This document shows, piece by piece, positions 42,752 through 53,279 of a DNA stretch of 64,000 bases (the first letter of the stretch is position 1; each line of letters begins with the position of its first letter). Under the pieces are notes generated by a model. It did no database searches, had not been told where the DNA came from, and saw nothing but the letters and a program-made list of their open reading frames with translations. The DNA is from an uncultured Spirochaetales bacterium (GTDB lineage: Bacteria > Spirochaetota > Spirochaetia > SZUA-6): positions 581,367 through 645,366 of the forward strand of contig CAZQTC010000023.1 in the NCBI GenBank assembly GCA_964596425.1. The letters are read 5' to 3'. The position numbers were made by a program, and so were the translations under genes.

Positions 42752-44392
42752 ATGAGAGAGACGTACAAAGCCTATACAAAAGACTATATCGAACGAAAAA
42801 CGGGTAAAGGACCCTTTTGGGCACACAAGAAACAGAAAAAAACAAACATTTTCCTCATTACAGTCGACATGCTTCCCCCCCAATTTTACCTAGGTGCTCA
42901 TACAGGGATCAACACCCCCACATTAGACTCACTTCGGAGAGACGGTATATTTTTTTCCAATGCCTTTGCAAGCGCTCCACTATGTGGACCATCACGGGCC
43001 TCCTATCTTACGGGACGATATACCTACATAACCGGAAATAGCGAACGCGCCCACGATGGGCACATGACAGAACTTAGACCTAACGATATTATTTGGCCAG
43101 CATATTTAAAAGCCATAGGATACCACACACGGCATGCAGGGAAATCGCACGTTGGCACCGAAATATTTACTGAGGTATTCAGTGAAAATGATGCTCCATG
43201 GCACAGGTGGTCACCACCATGGTACGATGACGAGGAGTATCTACTCTTCCTCAAACGTAAAAAGTTAAAGAAATTCACGTTTAAAAAGGAAATCAAAGGA
43301 GTGAGCTGGAGTGGCAAAGGGTATGGAAATAGTTATGGGGGATGGTTAGCTGATCAAAATGGGAAACCATTCCCTGAGGAGTCAACATATCCAGCCTTTC
43401 TTGTTGAAAAGGCAATTAACAGCATAGAAAACCGACCCAACCCAGAAAATCCTCTCTATATACAACTCGATTTCTTCGGACCTCATCAGCCCTTTGCAAT
43501 TCCCGGAGGATGGGAGAATAGAGAAACAATTATTCGTGAAAATATGAAACTTCCCCAAAGTTGGGAAGAATGGGCAGCAAACGGATTCAACAGCATTCCC
43601 AATCAACCTCGTGTATACGATATGTACAGAAAAAACTGGGGACTGAAAGAAAGAAAAACATTGATAGACTATCGAGTTGCCAATCAGCTACAATTCGAAC
43701 TAATAGACAAACTCATTGGTAAATACATAGAGTATCTAAAGCAACGTAACTTATACGACGACAGTCTTATTATCTTCATAGCAGATCACGGAGAGATGAA
43801 TGGTGAATGGGGGTGTATTGATAAAGGAGCCTATCTAAATCCTCAGGTTCTACGGGTCCCCATTATACTCAAATTACCCAGAAACTACAAACCAACTGTC
43901 AATAATCTTTCAAAAATAACAGATTCAAGTGGAGTAACATGTGAAACACCCTGTTCACTTCTAGATATTGCCCCGACCGTCCTAGAAATAGCGGGAATCG
44001 AGATACCGGAAAGGTTAGACGGTTTTAGTTTACTCAACACCTTAACCGGCGAAGCGAGACCAAAGAACAAGCCAATACTATTCGATGTGTGGAACCATGT
44101 TGTGCCCAATCCTTCGATTGGTATGATATTCAAATCACAAAATGGAAAACATTACATGTACACGTATAACACAACCCACAATATAGACGAACTCTACGAC
44201 ATTGCCCCCCATTCCGAATTAAAAAACTTGTTTGGAATTCCAGAGTATGAAACCCTATATAGAGAGGCTTTAATTGCTATGAATGAGTGTTTATCTCTCG
44301 ATGAGAGATGGGAAGTGTATAAAGGGTACTTCCAATTAGAAAACGCCGAAAAATTAAACCTACCACCTCAAGATACTCAAAAATTTCTGTAA
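42752..44392 (+). CDS. Sulfatase, formylglycine-dependent Cys-type
   Basis: Active-site motif PLCGPSRASYLTGRY (C-x-P-x-R); start chosen at MRETYKA with an AAAGGA RBS (ORF extends upstream to 42698); ~547 aa. Confidence 0.85.
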   Translation: MRETYKAYTKDYIERKTGKGPFWAHKKQKKTNIFLITVDMLPPQFYLGAHTGINTPTLDSLRRDGIFFSNAFASAPLCGPSRASYLTGRYTYITGNSERAHDGHMTELRPNDIIWPAYLKAIGYHTRHAGKSHVGTEIFTEVFSENDAPWHRWSPPWYDDEEYLLFLKRKKLKKFTFKKEIKGVSWSGKGYGNSYGGWLADQNGKPFPEESTYPAFLVEKAINSIENRPNPENPLYIQLDFFGPHQPFAIPGGWENRETIIRENMKLPQSWEEWAANGFNSIPNQPRVYDMYRKNWGLKERKTLIDYRVANQLQFELIDKLIGKYIEYLKQRNLYDDSLIIFIADHGEMNGEWGCIDKGAYLNPQVLRVPIILKLPRNYKPTVNNLSKITDSSGVTCETPCSLLDIAPTVLEIAGIEIPERLDGFSLLNTLTGEARPKNKPILFDVWNHVVPNPSIGMIFKSQNGKHYMYTYNTTHNIDELYDIAPHSELKNLFGIPEYETLYREALIAMNECLSLDERWEVYKGYFQLENAEKLNLPPQDTQKFL

Positions 44393-44413
44393 AAGAAGAG
44401 GAGGTTATTAATA

Positions 44414-45558
44414 ATGGACAAAGCAAACATTATTTTCATCCTAACAGACCAACAGAGGTGGGACTCTACAGGAGTACATGGTAATCCCTTGAATTTAACT
44501 CCCAATTTCGATTACATAGCTAAAAAGGGAACTCATTTTAAAAATACTTTTACATGCCAGCCACTCTGTGGGCCAGCCCGATCTAGTCTCCAAACAGGAC
44601 TGTACCCCACTAATACGGGAGTATGGAAAAACTCCCTCCCTCTAAAAATGGAAGCAGTAACCCTGGCCCACCTCTTTAACAAAGCAGGTTATAAGACTGG
44701 CTACATAGGTAAAAAGATATTCCATTCATGCTCTTCCTTTCAATTTTTGAACCACATCATCAAAATAACCTTGACGCATTTGTTGCGCCGAGGGGATATG
44801 CTGAGAGATATCATGGAAAATGGATTCCCCCAGATCTCCAATCCCCTTATAGCACTGCTTACTACCAGCTCGGCGGTTACTGGGGAGCTATCAAGAGGAT
44901 AGACGAAGCTCTCGGAAGATTGCTAGATGCATTAACAAGTTTGAATCTATTGGATAAAACAATTCTTTTCTTTACCTCTGATCATGGCAACCACTTTAAA
45001 ACAAGGAACTCCGAATATAAGAGAAGCTGTCATGAGGCTTCTATTCGCATTCCTTTTGCAGCAATAGGACCAGGTTTTAACGGGGGAGGAGAAATAGATA
45101 AACTTGTTAGCCTGATTGATATTCCTCCTACTCTCTTGGAAGCGGCTGGAATAGAAGTACCGAAGTACATGGAAGGGCATTCACTACTACCTCTTATTAG
45201 AAGAGAAAACATAGAATGGCAGGATGATGTGTACATCCAAATTAGTGAAGACAAAGTCTCAAGAGCCATTAGAACTAAGAGATGGAAATATTCCGTCACT
45301 GCCACGGGTGTAGATGGATATAGCCAAGCTGATTCGGATGTATATACAGAGGAATTTCTCTATGATTTGACGGCAGATCCGTACGAACAGATAAACCTTA
45401 TAGATCACCCTGCATATATTAAAGCAAAAGAAATCATGAGAGAACGGCTATTAAAGCGAATGGAAACAATAGAGAAAAAAAGAGCAAAGATACTGCCTTG
45501 TAAACCAAAAGATATTACTGACCAGCGTGTGGTTTTTGAAAGCGAACTCTATGAGTAA
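44414..45558 (+). CDS. Second Cys-type sulfatase, interrupted by a frameshift in an A5 run
   Basis: N-terminal ORF (44414-44902) carries ILTDQQRWDS...PLCGPARSSLQTGLY; the C-terminal sulfatase part continues in another frame (44728-45558). Adding one A to the run at 44709-44713 joins them (…GYIGKKDIPFMLF…). Confidence 0.75.
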
Positions 45559-45568
45559 AACTTGACTT

Positions 45569-46558
45569 CTATACTCCTAAAATATCAGCCACAAGTCTAC
45601 GGGCGTTTAAATAAAAAATTTTTTCCGTTGCCTCTCTTAACTTTTTATCAGACCCACAATTTCTCCTGAGCGATCGTGTTAGTGCTCGTAGTTCCTCGTA
45701 AACAACCGGGAGAGTAACAGGATTACAATGAGAAAGATTTAAATTACACTGCTCCGATGACAAAAACATCCACGCGTGTCCATAGCTTACATATTTTCCT
45801 CCCTGTATATGAGCAGGAAGATTATCAGAGCCAAACAAAATTCTAGAGACACTAATCTCCGATAGAAGAATATCAAACACATCACTCTCACACACAGCCG
45901 AGGTATCAAAATACACATTTTCCAGTTTAGAGAGATATCCAATAGCCCTTTCAAGAAAATATGGGTTAAACGAACGAGCACAGTGAGCCAACTGCCACTT
46001 TACATTGGGATACTTTTCGGCAAGATATAATAAATCGCGTTTATTCTCCTCATCCAAAGCTCCCTTCTTCTTTGAGAGATGGAGTACTATCAACAGTCCA
46101 TAATAATTTGCAATTCTAACGATACCCTCCGGCAGAAAATCCATAATCCTACATTCATCGATATCCCCAGTTATAGAATAGTACCTATACGGCTTGAAAC
46201 CTACAACTTCATTTTTTTCTACATATTCCGCAAGTTCTCTCTCCTCCATCCCAGGTTTTACAACAATTACCGGGTAGGCATTTTTATATTTTCTCGACTC
46301 TTCAACGGTGTAATTTGCCATTTTGAAGATATCGATTCTTCTAAGTGGCATACCGATCAAAAAGTACGACATTTCTCTACCATGGTAAAGAGTTCTATCC
46401 CATTCTAAAAGTGTTTTAATTCCAAAAGTTTCTCCCCTTTTAACTCCTCCACCACCTGGGGTTTCACTGTCACCATACGAGACATGGGTGTGGGCATCGA
46501 AAATCTTATTGGGTAGAAAATTTTTAAGTTCTTTCCATATCTCTTCTTTTATACTCAT
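45569..46558 (-). CDS. Amidohydrolase-2 family metal-dependent hydrolase (TIM barrel)
   Basis: 329 aa; N-terminal FDAHTHV metal-ligand motif typical of PF04909-type hydrolases/decarboxylases. Confidence 0.7.
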   Translation of the reverse strand: MSIKEEIWKELKNFLPNKIFDAHTHVSYGDSETPGGGGVKRGETFGIKTLLEWDRTLYHGREMSYFLIGMPLRRIDIFKMANYTVEESRKYKNAYPVIVVKPGMEERELAEYVEKNEVVGFKPYRYYSITGDIDECRIMDFLPEGIVRIANYYGLLIVLHLSKKKGALDEENKRDLLYLAEKYPNVKWQLAHCARSFNPYFLERAIGYLSKLENVYFDTSAVCESDVFDILLSEISVSRILFGSDNLPAHIQGGKYVSYGHAWMFLSSEQCNLNLSHCNPVTLPVVYEELRALTRSLRRNCGSDKKLREATEKIFYLNARRLVADILGV

Positions 46559-46695
46559 TTTGATCCGTTTAATTCCACCACACTTTACCTCAAATTACTG
46601 CTCGCTTATAGTAGTAATTTTTCTACCAAACCAGTATATTAAATGCAAACATGGGTTAAATCAAGCTAAAAGAAAGAAACCCGCAAAAAAAGGCA

Positions 46696-48051
46696 ATGAA
46701 TTCTAAAACCACATTCAACGACGAAATGATCAACAGGAATTCCAATCTTATAGCAAAGGACTTCAAGTGGAATAGAAACGTTCTTCTATCATTTGAATTC
46801 ATGTGGGGAGTAGGACTTCCCTTCTCAACCTATTGGGTCATTGTGCCGGCATACATGGCAGTTATAGGGGCCCCTAAAACCTTGATTGGGGTTGTGACCT
46901 CACTTTATACTATGCTATCACCCCTCCAGTTTATCGTAGCTCATCATCTAGGAGGTAAACCCAAAAAAAAGTGGTTAACACTGGGCTATTCATCCGCTTA
47001 TATACCCTGGTTTATATATAGCTTGCTTATGCTTCTCTTTCCATCAATGCTTACCGGTACACCCAGAATAATTATCTTTTCCTTTATCATGCTAATACTT
47101 GCAGCCTTACTTACAACAACCGATTCACTGTACGGGTCGCTCATCATAGAGAACACCCCACTAACGCGTCGCGGCTCCTTTTACGGATATCGCCTACTGG
47201 CAGTATCACTGGGGATGGGAATATCTGCATTTCTCGAGGATCTCATTATGAAAAGAATCCCATCTCCCACCAATTATCACCTTTCCTTTCTAATAGGTAC
47301 CATTTTAATCTGCATCTCAAGCTTATTCCCCCTACTAACAAAAGAACACGTACTTCACAAGCCAACTGTAGACACAAAAATACGCCCCATAAGGGATAGA
47401 TTTATCGTAAGGATACGCCTATTACTTCGTCGAGTACTAAAAGAACCTAACTACAAAATAACAATCTTCTTCATTCTGTTGATTTTTGCCTCAAAGGAAC
47501 TGAATCCCTTTGTTGTCACTTTCACTCATGATTCCCTCCACATTACAGGCACACAGGTTTTGGTGTTTTCGCTTTTAAGACTCTACGCTGCAGCCTTCTT
47601 TGGAATTCTTATAGGGAAGATCGGAGACAAAACAGGATATCGGGTTGTGGGAATACTTCTAGGATTGTGTCTAAGCATAGCTTTTGCAATGGTAGCGGTT
47701 GCTACCCAGCTTTCTCCTCCGTCAATTGGTCTGATATACCTAGGTTACAGTTTAAACTCTGGGGTCTCCATACTTACATATATGGTTCTTATCAACCTAT
47801 CAGTTGAGATCCTTCATAACATCGAAACCTCTAACCTCATAGCTATTAGTAACATTATAATACTTCCTGCCATAGCAGTAACTCAACCACTAAGTGGTCT
47901 AATTGTCGATCTTACAGGAAGTTATTTCACTGTGTTTGTAATAGGAGTTCTCCTTTCAGGCATCGGAGCCTTTGGTTTCATATTTCTAGTTAGAGAACCA
48001 AGAAAACGAAAAATGTACAGTATAAGAACTACATATAGAAGACTATCCTAA
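46696..48051 (+). CDS. MFS transporter
   Basis: 451 aa, about 12 TM helices. Confidence 0.8.
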   Translation: MNSKTTFNDEMINRNSNLIAKDFKWNRNVLLSFEFMWGVGLPFSTYWVIVPAYMAVIGAPKTLIGVVTSLYTMLSPLQFIVAHHLGGKPKKKWLTLGYSSAYIPWFIYSLLMLLFPSMLTGTPRIIIFSFIMLILAALLTTTDSLYGSLIIENTPLTRRGSFYGYRLLAVSLGMGISAFLEDLIMKRIPSPTNYHLSFLIGTILICISSLFPLLTKEHVLHKPTVDTKIRPIRDRFIVRIRLLLRRVLKEPNYKITIFFILLIFASKELNPFVVTFTHDSLHITGTQVLVFSLLRLYAAAFFGILIGKIGDKTGYRVVGILLGLCLSIAFAMVAVATQLSPPSIGLIYLGYSLNSGVSILTYMVLINLSVEILHNIETSNLIAISNIIILPAIAVTQPLSGLIVDLTGSYFTVFVIGVLLSGIGAFGFIFLVREPRKRKMYSIRTTYRRLS

Positions 48052-48077
48052 AACTTCTTATCTACCTAGCGCTTACT

Positions 48078-49817
48078 TTAATTCTCTTTCTCATCTATAT
48101 ATTCTACCCCCAATTTTTCAGTAGTGGAAAAGACCTTTATTTTCCTGGAAAATATAGAATCCATATTCGGAAAATCTTCTCTATAGAAAGAACCCCTAGA
48201 CTCTTTTCTCTCCAAGGAGGCCAAAGTTATTACAGAAGCCAATGTGACCAAATTCAAGAGTTCGTATTTCTTTCTAATATCAAAAGCATCTTTCACGGCC
48301 AGAAATGTAATATTCTCTCGAATTTTCTCAAGCTCTTCCTTAAGCCGTAGAAGACCAGCACCATCTCTTACCACATGTCCATATAACCACATCTTTTCCT
48401 TAAGTTTCTCTCGTAATTCCAAATAATTCCTCTCCCCCTTCCCACTCACAGGAAAAGGAAATAAATCTTGAACCTTAAATATGCTTCCACCATTTCTATT
48501 TAAAACGCCTTCTCTAAAGCTTCTAACTTCCAGGGCAGCATAGTATCCAGCTCTAGTTCCAAAAACTTGTGTAGAGGTCATCATATTTCCTCCAAGCCTA
48601 TCTGCTCCGTGAGGACCTGCTAGAGCCTCTCCGCAGACAAACAAATTCGGAATTTTACTTCTCGTGGTCTCATCTGCTTCAATTCCACCATTAAATGCAT
48701 GTGCGGCATGATCTATTTCCAGTAATTCTTTCGAAATATCTATATGATGTTCATCTTTTAACCAATTTATCCAAACATCGGTTACATCCGTCCACCTATT
48801 CAGTAGCACATCTCTCTCTTTGATATCCCAATAGTTACGCAAATCAACCATTACTCCCCTATGTTCAGAACCATCCCCATTTCTAATCTCTTTAAAAATT
48901 GCTATATCGAAATACCTAGATACTGTCCTGGCAGAGAACGGTCCATGAACAATTCTTTCACCCAATACCAAATCATAATTCACCCCTGGGGGGAGATACC
49001 TCTCAATGAAACGCTCACCTTTTCCATTGAGTATATCTGGACTGTAGTAAAGTGACCGTTCACTAAAAATTAAACGTTTGGGGAAAACTATCCCAAAGAT
49101 GAACTGAATAAATTCCATATTGTAAAGGCCAAGTCCAGCACGCAAAGCCAAACCATAGGTATCTCCGCTAGACTCACCAGAGTTCAAAGAATGTTTATAA
49201 ACGTTAGCCCCTCCACCAGTGGCAAGAATACATGCCTTAGCATTTATTCGAATAAATCGGCCATCAGAGGTAATTCCCACGAGACCTAGAAAGATTTTAT
49301 CTCGAATAATAAAATCCAACACCATAAAGTTCTCAAAGATTTTCGCTTTAGAACTCAAAAGCATCCTGTGGAAAGTGTCTCTTATATTTTTCATATCCAC
49401 GGCCGAGAGTGCACGCTTTTCCCTGCTGAAACATCCAATGATCTGTTCCAATTGCCCATTCCTCTCCTTAAACTGTAATCCCAACTCCTGTAGATCCTTA
49501 ACCCGTGAATATGCCTCTTCAACCAGCACCTTCACCAGGTTGGTATCTGTCATTCCCAATCCCCGATCAATAATTTCGTTGTAATACTTCTCTTTTGAAT
49601 CATCATTGTTTAAACCAGGAACAACAGCCTGCATCCCCCATCCGTGAACAAGGGAGAAAAACGAGGAACCTGAGTTTAAAATTTTTCCTTTCGAAACAAT
49701 AACTATATCGTTGACACCATTTTTTGCAGCTTCATAACAGGATCTAATACCTGCCGCCCCAGCTCCAACTACCACCAAATCGGTATTGATAGTGCTGTCC
49801 ACCTCAAAAGAATACAT
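48078..49817 (-). CDS. FAD-binding oxidoreductase (fumarate reductase/succinate dehydrogenase flavoprotein-like)
   Basis: 579 aa; N-terminal dinucleotide-binding motif VVVGAGAAGIRSCYEAA; flavoprotein-subunit-like regions (ATGGGANVY, GLYNMEFIQF). Confidence 0.75.
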   Translation of the reverse strand: MYSFEVDSTINTDLVVVGAGAAGIRSCYEAAKNGVNDIVIVSKGKILNSGSSFFSLVHGWGMQAVVPGLNNDDSKEKYYNEIIDRGLGMTDTNLVKVLVEEAYSRVKDLQELGLQFKERNGQLEQIIGCFSREKRALSAVDMKNIRDTFHRMLLSSKAKIFENFMVLDFIIRDKIFLGLVGITSDGRFIRINAKACILATGGGANVYKHSLNSGESSGDTYGLALRAGLGLYNMEFIQFIFGIVFPKRLIFSERSLYYSPDILNGKGERFIERYLPPGVNYDLVLGERIVHGPFSARTVSRYFDIAIFKEIRNGDGSEHRGVMVDLRNYWDIKERDVLLNRWTDVTDVWINWLKDEHHIDISKELLEIDHAAHAFNGGIEADETTRSKIPNLFVCGEALAGPHGADRLGGNMMTSTQVFGTRAGYYAALEVRSFREGVLNRNGGSIFKVQDLFPFPVSGKGERNYLELREKLKEKMWLYGHVVRDGAGLLRLKEELEKIRENITFLAVKDAFDIRKKYELLNLVTLASVITLASLERKESRGSFYREDFPNMDSIFSRKIKVFSTTEKLGVEYIDEKEN

Positions 49818-49919
49818 TATTACATTCCAATGTTAACTTAGATTTATCGATATCAATACAGAAAAGATAATAATTTTTTAACATACAGAGCTTCTATCAA
49901 CTGAGAATATTTCCAGAGG

Positions 49920-50780
49920 CTATCCCTTTAAAGCACCCATTGTTATTCCACTTATAAAGTATTTTTGGAAAAAGAGGAAAATCGCTATCATTGGAACCGC
50001 ACCAAAAGCTGCCCCAGACATCAACCGTCCGTAATCCACAATGAACTCGTTTCTTGCTACTTTAGCAATACCTACCGGCAAGGTTGACATAATTATATCC
50101 TTTGTAATAACAAGTTGCCACATATAATCGTTCCATGTATTTATAAAGTAAAGTATTCCAACTGTTCCAAAGGCAGGGATACTTAGAGGAAGAACAATGC
50201 TAATAAAAATCTTCCACTCTCCGGCGCCATCTATCTTTGCAGAAAGCAACAGATCCTCCGGTATACTCTGCATAAACTGTTTCATAAGAAACAAACCAAA
50301 TGGCCACGCAACCATCGGCAAAAACATTCCTGGGTAGGTATTATACAAGTGGTATTTATTCATAAGGATATACAGAGGTATCATCATAACCTGCTTAGGT
50401 ACCATCATTGCAGTTATTAATACCCAAAAAATTAACTCACGACCTGGAAATTTTTTCTTCCCAAATGCATAACCGGCCATTGAAGCAAAGATCAAAGTCA
50501 AAACCGTAGAAGAACCCGCGACAATAATACTGTTAATAAACCATCGAAGGGCCTTAGTACTGGTAAAAAGTTTCTCGAAGTTATGAAGAGTTAAATGAAC
50601 GGGTAGAAAATTGGGCGGCATCTTAATCGCGAGACTGGAGGGCTCAAAAGCCCCTAAGAACATCCAGTAGAGAGGGAATAGAAAAATAAATGCCAACACA
50701 AAAAGTAATCCAAGAGAGAAATAGAACCATACTTTTTCCACAAGAGTATATTGACGCAGCTCGTTTGTTTGAGTTAACAA
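49920..50780 (-). CDS. Sugar ABC transporter permease
   Basis: 286 aa; 6 TM helices; EAA-like loop (LLSAKIDGAGEWKIFISIVLPL). Confidence 0.85.
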   Translation of the reverse strand: MLTQTNELRQYTLVEKVWFYFSLGLLFVLAFIFLFPLYWMFLGAFEPSSLAIKMPPNFLPVHLTLHNFEKLFTSTKALRWFINSIIVAGSSTVLTLIFASMAGYAFGKKKFPGRELIFWVLITAMMVPKQVMMIPLYILMNKYHLYNTYPGMFLPMVAWPFGLFLMKQFMQSIPEDLLLSAKIDGAGEWKIFISIVLPLSIPAFGTVGILYFINTWNDYMWQLVITKDIIMSTLPVGIAKVARNEFIVDYGRLMSGAAFGAVPMIAIFLFFQKYFISGITMGALKG

Positions 50781-50797
50781 TATTCTCCTCCCTAATC

Positions 50798-51700
50798 TTA
50801 GTAATTTATTTCTTCACCGGCATACAATCTCTGCAGAACAGTCACAACCACAATCAATACAACCAATACCATTCCCATTGCCGAAGCTCTGCCGAATTGA
50901 TTAAACCAAAACGCTGTTTTATATATCTGAAAAACAATTGTCTCAGTTCTATGCGCCGGTCCACCATTAGTAAGAAGTTGCACCACAACCCATACCTGGA
51001 ATACAGCTATCGTTTGTGTCACAAAGAGGAAAAAAGTAGTCGGTTTTAACAGAGGGAAAGTTATCTTCCACTTAATCTCCCTCCTTGAAGCACCATCTAT
51101 CCTTGCAGCTTCATACAATTCTGATGGTATATTCATTATTGAAGCGAGATAAATAATCACAGGAACACCAAAATTAAAGGTAAAAACTACAAACATCAAA
51201 TAATAAATTGTACCCTTAGAAGCCAACCAAATAACAGGCTTAAAACCCAGTAGTTTCACTATATAATTCAGCAATCCAAAAGCCGGATTAAAAATCCACA
51301 ACCAAATGAGGCTCAAGATCACTCCACTTAACACCGTAGGGAGATAAAAAGCTCCTCTGAAAAAAGTTTTAAGAGAGTTATTAAGCGTGGAAATTTTAAG
51401 AGCAGCAAAGAAAGCAAGAAATACTATCGTAGGAACTAAAACAACCACGAAAAGAAAAGTATTTTTCAACGCCAATATAAACACGTTATCCCTGAAAATG
51501 CTCACAAAATTTGCCAGTCCCACCCATTTTGAACTTACCAAATTGGCATGTTTAAAACTTAGGAAAAAAGAAAGAATCAGAGGATAAAGGGTAAACAACA
51601 GAAACATCAATACACTAGGTAAGATAAAAAAATATGCCGCTTTTTCTTTTTTCATCGCTTTATATAATCTTACGATTCTACTCATTAAAACCATCCTCAT
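50798..51700 (-). CDS. Sugar ABC transporter permease
   Basis: 300 aa; EAA-like loop (EAARIDGASRREIKWKITFPL). Confidence 0.85.
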   Translation of the reverse strand: MRMVLMSRIVRLYKAMKKEKAAYFFILPSVLMFLLFTLYPLILSFFLSFKHANLVSSKWVGLANFVSIFRDNVFILALKNTFLFVVVLVPTIVFLAFFAALKISTLNNSLKTFFRGAFYLPTVLSGVILSLIWLWIFNPAFGLLNYIVKLLGFKPVIWLASKGTIYYLMFVVFTFNFGVPVIIYLASIMNIPSELYEAARIDGASRREIKWKITFPLLKPTTFFLFVTQTIAVFQVWVVVQLLTNGGPAHRTETIVFQIYKTAFWFNQFGRASAMGMVLVVLIVVVTVLQRLYAGEEINY

Positions 51701-51787
51701 ATAAGTAAATTATTCCATACCCCGATCATTCACTCTTTCAAATCCACACCTAATTAGTATAATAATGCAGAATAATATACAAAGATT

Positions 51788-51824
51788 CCCCCACCGTCAT
51801 AGCGGCGGGGGAGCACACTTTTTT
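51788..51824 (+). terminator. GC-rich stem-loop followed by a T6 run between the binding-protein and permease genes (intercistronic hairpin or plus-oriented terminator)
   Basis: CCCCCACCG (51788-51796) / loop TCATAG / CGGCGGGGG (51803-51811), then TTTTTT at 51819-51824. The genes are on the minus strand, where the hairpin is followed by only a moderately U-rich tract. Confidence 0.3.
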
Positions 51825-51825
51825 G

Positions 51826-53181
51826 CTATTTCTTAATCAAAGCCCGCACCTTATTGGCAAATGATTTCATAGCCTCCTCGGGTGTTTTTATCCCACTAAA
51901 CATAGCCTGTTCAGCTGCAGCAAGTTCTACTCTAATCTTACCATAATTAGGATTACTCAGACCAAAATCACCTGCTGGGTATTTGCTAAGCATATTCGTC
52001 ATAGCCATCATTAAAGGATCATCCTTGTACATATTCAAATCAGCAACACTCTTCGTTGCCGGAAACTGACCTGCATTTTTAACAGCCGGGGCATTGTACT
52101 TTGGCTGCATGGCAAACACGATAAAAGAGGCAGCAGCCTTCTGTTTTGCTGAGTCTTTCGTCATTATAACATACCCTGTAGGTCCAATCGCAGATTTCTG
52201 TTTAAAACCCGGTTTCGTAGGCATGTTAACAACAATTACTTTAGGTGGTTTTTTAACAAGCCCATCTTTATAAGCCTTCTGCATCAATGTCCTATAGTAA
52301 GCATTTCCACCCTGCATAAACTCTTTTTCTTGGGTCCACAGCTTCATTATATCGGAACCTGTCATAGACGCTACCCCGGGAACCATAAGCCCCTGTTTAT
52401 TAAGCGAGAGCAAATACTTATAAGCTGCTATTGTATTTGGAGAATCCGCAATTACATTCCCCTTACTATCAAACAAACCACCTCCAAATCCCCAAGTAAA
52501 TTTCCACCAAGTATAGTCACCCTGCTCACTTCCGCAAGCCATACCTAATGGGTATACACCATCGTTACTCCCTGCAGCTTTCATCTTTTTAAGTACAGTC
52601 ACGAATTGATCTGTTGTCCAATCTCCTCCCATCTTGGGAAGCATACTTGTCAAACCATACTTGTCAGTAAGATTACCATTTACAACGAGAGCTATTGACC
52701 ATGCCATGATCGGCATAGCATGCAATTTACCATGTATATAGTACAACCCTCTATAGGTGGGCAAAATATCATTCTTAAGAGAAGCAGGCAACAAATTATC
52801 CAAAGGAACAGCAGCACCCTGGATAAACCAACCGCCAGTTCTACCAAGATAGTCCGCCACCAGCTCCGGTGGATTACCACCAGCTATTGCAACGTTTATC
52901 TTGTCAACTCCACCCTCCCAAGGTACCAACTGGGTTTTAACTTCAATGTTGGGGTGACTCTTCATAAACTCCTTGGCCAAAAATTTTTCCCAATCACCGT
53001 ACTCTTTACTTACACCTTTAAATCCGGGAACATTGATGAAAATAGGGAAATGCCAAAAAGAAATTGTGACCTTCTGTTGTGGTGCTGCTCCCTTTGCTTT
53101 CTCACCTTGCCCACCAGCAAAAGCCATCGATGTTGCAACGATTAATATCATTACAACACCTAAAACTTTAAAAACTCTCAT
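51826..53181 (-). CDS. Sugar ABC transporter substrate-binding protein
   Basis: 451 aa; signal peptide; family-1 extracellular solute-binding protein. Confidence 0.85.
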   Translation of the reverse strand: MRVFKVLGVVMILIVATSMAFAGGQGEKAKGAAPQQKVTISFWHFPIFINVPGFKGVSKEYGDWEKFLAKEFMKSHPNIEVKTQLVPWEGGVDKINVAIAGGNPPELVADYLGRTGGWFIQGAAVPLDNLLPASLKNDILPTYRGLYYIHGKLHAMPIMAWSIALVVNGNLTDKYGLTSMLPKMGGDWTTDQFVTVLKKMKAAGSNDGVYPLGMACGSEQGDYTWWKFTWGFGGGLFDSKGNVIADSPNTIAAYKYLLSLNKQGLMVPGVASMTGSDIMKLWTQEKEFMQGGNAYYRTLMQKAYKDGLVKKPPKVIVVNMPTKPGFKQKSAIGPTGYVIMTKDSAKQKAAASFIVFAMQPKYNAPAVKNAGQFPATKSVADLNMYKDDPLMMAMTNMLSKYPAGDFGLSNPNYGKIRVELAAAEQAMFSGIKTPEEAMKSFANKVRALIKK

Positions 53182-53221
53182 TTTCTCTGCCTCCTAAAAG
53201 TATCATTAAAATATTTTTACT

Positions 53222-53242
53222 GTCGTTCAACGAACGACTTTT
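53222..53242. repeat. Perfect 7-bp-arm palindrome GTCGTTC-aac-GAACGAC followed by TTTT; weak or bidirectional terminator, or a protein-binding site
   Basis: Sits between the aminotransferase stop (53280) and the binding-protein start (53181). Confidence 0.3.
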
Positions 53243-53279
53243 AAACCCAATCCTTAGTAATTCCCTAATTCATCAATTC

